DNA from: Octopus vulgaris
Lineage: Eukaryota
Assembly (NCBI GenBank): GCA_951406725.2
Contig: OX597826.1
Span: 20,088,001-20,152,000 of the forward strand
DNA length: 64,000 nucleotides
Reading direction: 5' to 3'
A model generated the notes under the pieces. The model worked only from the letters and a program-made list of their open reading frames with translations, ran no database searches and was not told the DNA's origin. Of this stretch, positions 55,570-64,000 are shown in pieces; position 1 is the first letter of the stretch, and each line of letters begins with the position of its first letter. The translations under genes were made by a program, and so were the position numbers.

Positions 55570-55874
55570 CTGCAGGGAACTCTCGCAGTTCCAAGCAATA
55601 AGGATTTTTGCAGGTGTTTTATCATTACATTTGTACCAATCTTTTTCAGCTACGTTGGCAGTTGAGAACTAATACTTTCAACCGTGCCAATCACTACTGG
55701 TATCACGTCCACTCTCTTCATTGCTCACAACCTGCCTATTTCCCACTTCAACTTGTCAAAGTTGTTCAGTTTTTTTCTTCTTTCTATCCGATCCTGTTAT
55801 CACAAGTGCATGCTTTGTCGATTATCAGGCATGTTTTATCTTTTTCTATTCACCACAACAAAGTCAGATTTCCG

Positions 55875-55875
<1 letters not shown>
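55570..55875 (-). mobile_element. Dong/R4-like RLE endonuclease fragment next to (TAA)n
   Basis: RKSDFVVVN...CLIID.ACTCDNRI...LKWEIGRL...DVIPVVIG. Confidence 0.65.
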
Positions 55876-55927
<52 letters not shown>

Positions 55928-55932
55928 CATCA

Positions 55933-55963
<31 letters not shown>

Positions 55964-55964
<1 letters not shown>

Positions 55965-56498
55965 GAGTGAGAGAGCAGTGCATGCCATCAAAGTGAAACT
56001 GGGGTAAAATGTACGAAGCCCAGTATACCTATCATGACTACCCGTCTGATAAGGGTGCACCGGGCACATGCATCACAACCATATGTGCGCGACATGATTT
56101 CATATCAAGATAAACAGCACATGACCTTGCAGGTGGGGCCCAGTTAGAATTTCTTCTGGTCGAGTAACCCATCCCGCTCAAAAGGTCCCTGAATAAGGGT
56201 TGTTTAAGGATATTGAACGAACACCCATGTTTCCAGAGGAGAATTATTCAAACTCCAAAGAATCCCTCTCAACACATGGCTATGATACTCCCCCACTATT
56301 TCTGCTCATGATCAGAGATGCACATATCGTCAACCACTAAGGGACATGCTCAACTGGTTAAGGCCAAACAACTGACAAGCAAATCTGTGGTATTGAGCAG
56401 AATATTTGCTGTAGCCCATCTTTTATACCAAGGCAAAACATTGTACATGATAGCACTTCCAATCAGTTAAGATCAGAAGCCATGAGAGCCACTGTCTG

Positions 56499-56501
<3 letters not shown>
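55964..56501 (-). mobile_element. LINE 3'-end repeat with (AAT)n tail; internally deleted copy at 54160-54312 (+)
   Basis: Near-identical inverted match to 54160-54312; both end in an AAT microsatellite. Confidence 0.6.
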
Positions 56502-56548
<47 letters not shown>

Positions 56549-56910
56549 TAAGGCGGTGAGCTGGCAGAAATGCTAAGCGGTAGTTCGTCTGCCGTTACGT
56601 TGTAGGTTCTAATTCCGCCGAGGTCGACTTTGCTTCGATTAAATAAATACCAGTTACGCACTGGGGTCGATATAATCGACATAATCCGTTTGACTGTCCT
56701 TGTTTGTCCTCTCTGTGTTTAGCCCCTTGTGGGCAATAAAGAAATATGTATTTCGTCTGTCGCAACGTTCTGAGTTCAAATTCCGCTGAGGTCGACTTTG
56801 CCTTTTATCCTTTCGAGGTCGATAAATTAAGTACCTGTGAAACACTGAGGTCGATGTAATCGACTTATCCCATCCTCCAAAATTCCAGGCTTTGTGCTAG
56901 AGCAGACAGG
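56549..56910 (+). mobile_element. tRNA-derived SINE pieces (rearranged)
   Basis: AAGGCGGTGAGCTGGCAGAA head and B-box-like GAGTTCAAATTCC. Confidence 0.75.
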
Positions 56911-56929
56911 ATTATTATTATTATTAATG

Positions 56930-57710
56930 ACGTTGCACATACCAATATTGTGATGCTGTAGACTGAAATTATTGTGTGTACCGGGGGTTTGTACAATCTG
57001 TTAAATCATATCAAGGACCTCAGACAGACAGTACTTTACGCAATATGCGCGCAGTTCCAAGTAAAGCCGATTTTTGCAACACACCAAGATTGTAGGGTAT
57101 TTCTAAAGTGACCAGATATTTCTTCAGGTTGTGTGGTATTGAATCTAATGCTCCGATGACAACAGGAACAAACTTTATGTTTGGCTTTCGCAGCTGCCAC
57201 ATCTTGCCGATCTCAATCCTCAGGTCTCCATATTTATCAACCTTTTCTCTTTCTTTCATAATAATGTGTTCATCTGGCACTTCCACGTCGATTATTAGGC
57301 ACTCTTATTTGTGCCACCTAACGGTTACTATATCTGGCCTTCGGTGCTCAAACACCTTGTCTATCTGGAAGTCAAGGGTCCAGAGGATCTTTGCCTCCCC
57401 CTTTTCATCAATTACCTTTTCTGGTGTTTGTTGATACCAAGCACCTGTTACCTCGTATCCATATTTCCGGCAAAGTAGCCAGTGATGGTTGGGGCTACTT
57501 GTCGTGTCTGCGCTTGTACTCTTTCTACGTAAGACTTTCACAAGCACTAAGATCGTGAGTCACGCTTTCGACCTTCTTCCCACACATTCCGCAGAGGTTC
57601 GTTGCACCTGTGTGATATATATCCCCTTTCACTGAGTTCATGTTCAATGCCTGGTCCCGGCCTAGGCTTTCGATCTTCTTTTTAAGGTCACTCAGGCTTC
57701 CTCATCTTTT
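56930..57710 (-). mobile_element. Dong/R4-like LINE 3' part (CCHC + RLE)
   Basis: HWLLCRKYG...WY.QTPEKV...KILW.DFQID...HRRPDIV; KEREKVDKYGDLRIEI; (TAA)n tail. Confidence 0.85.
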
Positions 57711-57836
57711 AAGTTGCTAGTTTTACAGAGGAACTGGCCATATAATTCCATGTGGATTTGTGTTCCTTCTTTCTCCTTGGCTATTCGTGATCGAAATTCA
57801 TTAGCACTCTCAACTCAATTGCCGGTATATCATTAT

Positions 57837-59307
<1,471 letters not shown>

Positions 59308-60891
59308 CCGCCCACTGGTAATCAGTAAGCCTCTTATGTGTATATGTGTGTGTGAAAGTGTGTGCATATGTGTGTATGTAATCCAACGAGAGTTACCTTC
59401 CCTGCTTCTGGCTGCAGCCTCTCTCACATCTCCATCATATGACGCATAGCAGCGCGGATCTCTCTCTAAAGGTAACAACCTTATTTCTTTTTTTATTTCT
59501 TCTACATTTAACCCAGTCTTTACATTTTTTCACGTCAATGAAAATAATTCGAAAATGCACCCTTGTTCTCTATTTCCATTGTTGTATTAATATATCTGGT
59601 GGTTAAACGAGGTGTATTGTATCTCCTCCAGCCTGCTTTCTCAATTTCATTCTCCTGATGCTTCGGGTTCGGACGGATTTCTTGCAATATTTAGCAATAA
59701 TACTTTATTAAAACTAACTATAATACTAACTATTTGTTAACGACTTATTATTTAATACCATTCACATTAAAATATTATAAATAAACATAGACTTTTCGTT
59801 TAAATTTCCTACGATTCTGTGTCTGTTTTGATATTTACTCATTTCAAATATTATCAACAATTTGCTTTCACCTTGGATATATATTTTTGTGACACCACAA
59901 ATTTTATCTAAAACAGAAAATAACATTGTTTGTGTTTAGATATTGTTGTTTTATTTTTCTTTAAGGTTAATGAGTTGCTGGTTGTTTCTGTTCAATGAAG
60001 TCAAATACTTAAAATAGTTGGTGAATCATTTATTAATAATATCCCCAGCCGAACAGATCGATAGTTCATCTTGTGTTCATGTCGATGCTAGTCCTTCGCA
60101 CTTCCTCTAATAACATTTACGTCAATCTAATTACTATTTGCAATGGGGAACAACATTTTAGAAAGCTCATTGTCTACACTCCCGTTTAGATTTTATATTC
60201 CAATCATTGTTTTCCCACAGCAATTGATGTTCGATTACAGATTAATTAACAACAGTCTCTTAAATAATTGTCTTCTATTGTTATCCTTCTTCACAATTAA
60301 TTAACTAAAAAAAAACAAAAAAAGGAATTTCTATACAAAAGTACACACGGATTTAATTTCGTTTTATGTTGAAATATTCAAAGAAATAATGCTTCCGTGT
60401 TAATTATTTCGGTAGGTTTAATTAATTTAATTTTAGGTTAATCGTTGCTAACATTTTCTTTTATTTCGTTTTCTGAAAAAATGTTTAAACAGTATTTTTT
60501 TTTTTTTTTGTCTTGGGAACAATCGATGTCATATTTATGTTTAAATTTCTCTCTTTTTGCTAATTTTATTTTGCATAAATAAAAATATTTTCGTTTATAT
60601 TTCATTTTTATTCCATGGTGAAAAAAAAAAGAAAAATATATAATAACAAACTAAATATCTCAAACGGCTAAAAGTGTATTTGTGAATCCTTTAAAAATTC
60701 CAAGAGAGACGTACCATGTCAGAATGTATTCTTATTGTCTATTTTCTAGTTGTTTCATTGTAAGTTTCCGTAATTGAAAATTTCATCATCATCGTTAAAC
60801 GAATGACTTTAGTTCCACAGCAACCCTGCTCTTGGCAAATTGACCAAGTCCAGTCATAGAGATAAATATAATAACAATGTGTGTGTGTGTA

Positions 60892-60959
<68 letters not shown>

Positions 60960-63900
60960 GGCATTGTATTTCGGATTACTCATGTTCTGCTGTGTGCTCG
61001 CTTGAAACTAAATCTGTATAGGCATGCGAGTGAGTGGTACTTTACATCCTCGATAAAACTGTACAACATTGCATTCAATTGGATTCTGTTGCCAGGTTTT
61101 GAATGAATCGTCAAAATTGTTAAACAGTAGAATACTAGCAAAGTAAGAAGGATGAATCATCACGGAACTACCGAGAGAGAGAAACAGAGAGGCGGCGGCG
61201 GTGGTGGTTGATCTTTCTAGTGTGCAACGTGTTGTTGATGTCTGGCTTTTAGAAAATGATATTTCTCCAGACACTATTTTCTAAAATGTCATCTATTAAA
61301 CCCCGTCAATAAAAGGCATCAAAAGAATACAAAACCATTATTTGTGATAAAGAATCGCTAATTTAAGAGAGAAATAATGACTAGAATTACGTTAATGCAT
61401 GCAGACGCTAACAATGGGAAATATGGTGCTTGCAAGGAGAGAGAGAGAGAGAGAGAGAGTGTGTGATGTGTGCCGTAATTCTATTTACGGGTGGGTTTTT
61501 GCACGCTGCTCTACGATGTTTGATGAGATTTATGAAGCGACACCTGATATATAAGACACTGAGGCGATGTCAGTTTTTCTTCGCACACGTGTGGGGGTAA
61601 GCTGCTAATGAATTGTAAATTATCTAATTAATATAATGACAATTAGGTTGCATTTGATTCTGAGTAATGTTGGACGTTTTGTTTGTTTGGCGTTGTTACT
61701 TAGCCCCAGGCCAACCGTGACCGAAGCTACGTACTATAACAGGTGTGCCCATCGCGATCATCGTTTTTGTTAAAATTTACATTGTCAGAGGCATAGGGCA
61801 GTCGCTCCCTTCTCTACTCGGAGAGCACAAAATTCCCACTGTCCTGTTAATTAAAGCCACGGTGTCGAAAGTGTCTTTATTTGAGGGACCTTAGAACCCT
61901 TACTACGTCACTATACTTTATCCAGTGATCCCTTTTGACGGCAGTGTGTTGTTTGGAGACTATTTGGCTACTGCTTTTAGCAAGTCGATGACCACGTAGA
62001 GGATCCCTCGCTGGCCTTGTGCGCTTTGCGTGAGAGAGCGGCAGGCAGACAGCCAGACAGCTTCAGTGTTACTTAGTGAAGTTAAATAACAAACCGTAAC
62101 CAACAGACTCCTTTGCAAACACAAAGAAATGCAAAATAAATACAAACATTATGTAAACAGAAACATGGTGACGTATTACTAAAGCGGCGGCGGTGGTGGT
62201 GGGAGGGTTGACTGAATACTATTTAGTTCCTCTCTCTTTCCGATCTGACTTTTTTTTTGTTCGATCGTTTGTCTCTCATTTCACCAGGATCAATCAGAAA
62301 GATAGCCATAGAGAATTATATTCAATTCTACCGGCTATACACTCTCACGTCGTATTTGTGGATTTGTTCCAATCCAGAAAATTCTGACAATTGACGAGAA
62401 ACAACTTCACAACAACTTCTTTTCAGTCTTGAATATCGTTTTATTTATTTAATTCATTTATCATCCTTAAAAAATTATAATCGAATTTCTAACAAAGATA
62501 TTTCTATGGTACAAGGATCTTTACAGTCCTTCAAGGATTTGTCAGGTTTAGAAGAAAATAGGTAAACGAAGCTGTGGAATTGAAACTGTATCAGTTGTAA
62601 AAATAAGGTTTCTGCATTAACCACCAGCACCATCATCATCATCATCATCTTTTAACGTTCATCTTCCATGCTGGCATATGTTGTAAATATATGAGTGATA
62701 GTATTAAGATCTAATCACTCAGTATTATTTTATGGCTAAATAAATGTGACTGATTCAATCCATAGTGACCACCACCTCTTCCTGTTCCTGGTGACATTTT
62801 GATCTCAAATATTGCTAGTAATTCTTTTGCCTTGTTGCCAGTCATGGTTGTTTGCTTTATATCTGGGTGATTTCAGGTTCAATACTAATAATGTATGGCA
62901 TTAGGGCTGCGAACTGAGGCTGCACCTTTGACCATACAAAATTTGTTAGATGGAAACTGAGTCAAAGTCTGTTGGAGGGGAGGGGCTTGTTCCCACATCT
63001 CTTCTCACAGAGAGTGAGAGAGAGAGAGAATTGACATTAGTATGTGACAGGTACTTTATTTTACCAAGCTGAGGATGAAGGCCAGTTCACCTTGGCAGGA
63101 TTTAAATTCAGAACACAATAAGTTTGAATAAATACCATCAGGCATTTGTGTGGTACTCAAACAATTCTATCAATTTCTCTGATCCTGATATAAATCTGGA
63201 AATCCTCTTTAATCACCATTGATATTCTAATATCTAGATTTTCATGCCTGTGTGGGTTGGATGGGTCTGCCACAAAACATAATGGGTTCTGATATTGGCA
63301 CAATCATTCATATTTTGGGGTATGGATATACTTGAGATTAATTTGACCCCAATATTTGGTTCTCAAATGAGGTCCTTATGAGATTTTGTTGTTAAACTTT
63401 TTGTTCAAAATGTTGGCTATACTTTTACATTGCACAAAATATTTAACCACTTTTTTTAATACAATTCTTAATAACATTTAATTATAAAAAATATAATGAA
63501 ATTTTTAAAAACACCAAATGGTTATGAGGGTCCAGTAGAGTAATATAGGAATCAAAGGGATCCATAGGCAAAAAAAGGGTTGGGAACCTCTGGTTTAACT
63601 TATTGATTCCAGAAGAATGAAACATAAAGTAGACCATGGCAAGATTTGAACTCAGAATGGCTGTAACTAAATCTCTTAGCATTTCCACCAACTTGCCACA
63701 GACTGCAAATCATTTTGGTGTATCCTGTTCTCATGTGTAAGACCCAATATCCTGAGATCTAATCCCACATCTTTTAATACAGCTACCTCTTAAGTGAGCT
63801 TATATGTGGTCACTCAATGTCAAAGAAATAACAGCTAAATTTCCCTCCCCAAGTTGTATCGTACTGCCCAGAGTAAAGGAGACACTGGATAATTGAAACC

Positions 63901-64000
63901 TAGAAATATAATGTCTGAACAAAAATATGGTTAGGAGATCACATCTGGAACGTCTTTGATCGGAACAAACATGAGACAACATATCTACCTCTACTGCCAC

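Overview
Repeat-dense, AT-rich eukaryotic DNA. The SINE/LINE families and microsatellite style suggest a cephalopod (Octopus-like) genome; this is recognition from memory, not a database result. One host gene can be assembled: a 5-coding-exon SRD5A3-like polyprenol reductase on the minus strand (50528->23899; 900-nt CDS, 299 aa; GT-AG introns with consistent phases). The rest is microsatellite plus decayed mobile DNA: Dong/R4-like RLE LINE pieces mostly beside (TAA)n, three Penelope-like (RT/GIY-YIG) elements, RTE LINEs, a Gypsy remnant with LTR and PBS, mariners, a MULE with repetitive TIRs, MITEs around the gene 5' end, and SINEs. The most interesting signals are predicted self-cleaving RNAs. 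An HDV-like fold sits at the apparent 5' end of a near-full-length RTE (18211-18288). Three type I hammerhead folds lie within 800 bp downstream of a Penelope element; one has the rare compensatory G3:C8 core. All folds were assigned by eye and none is tested.
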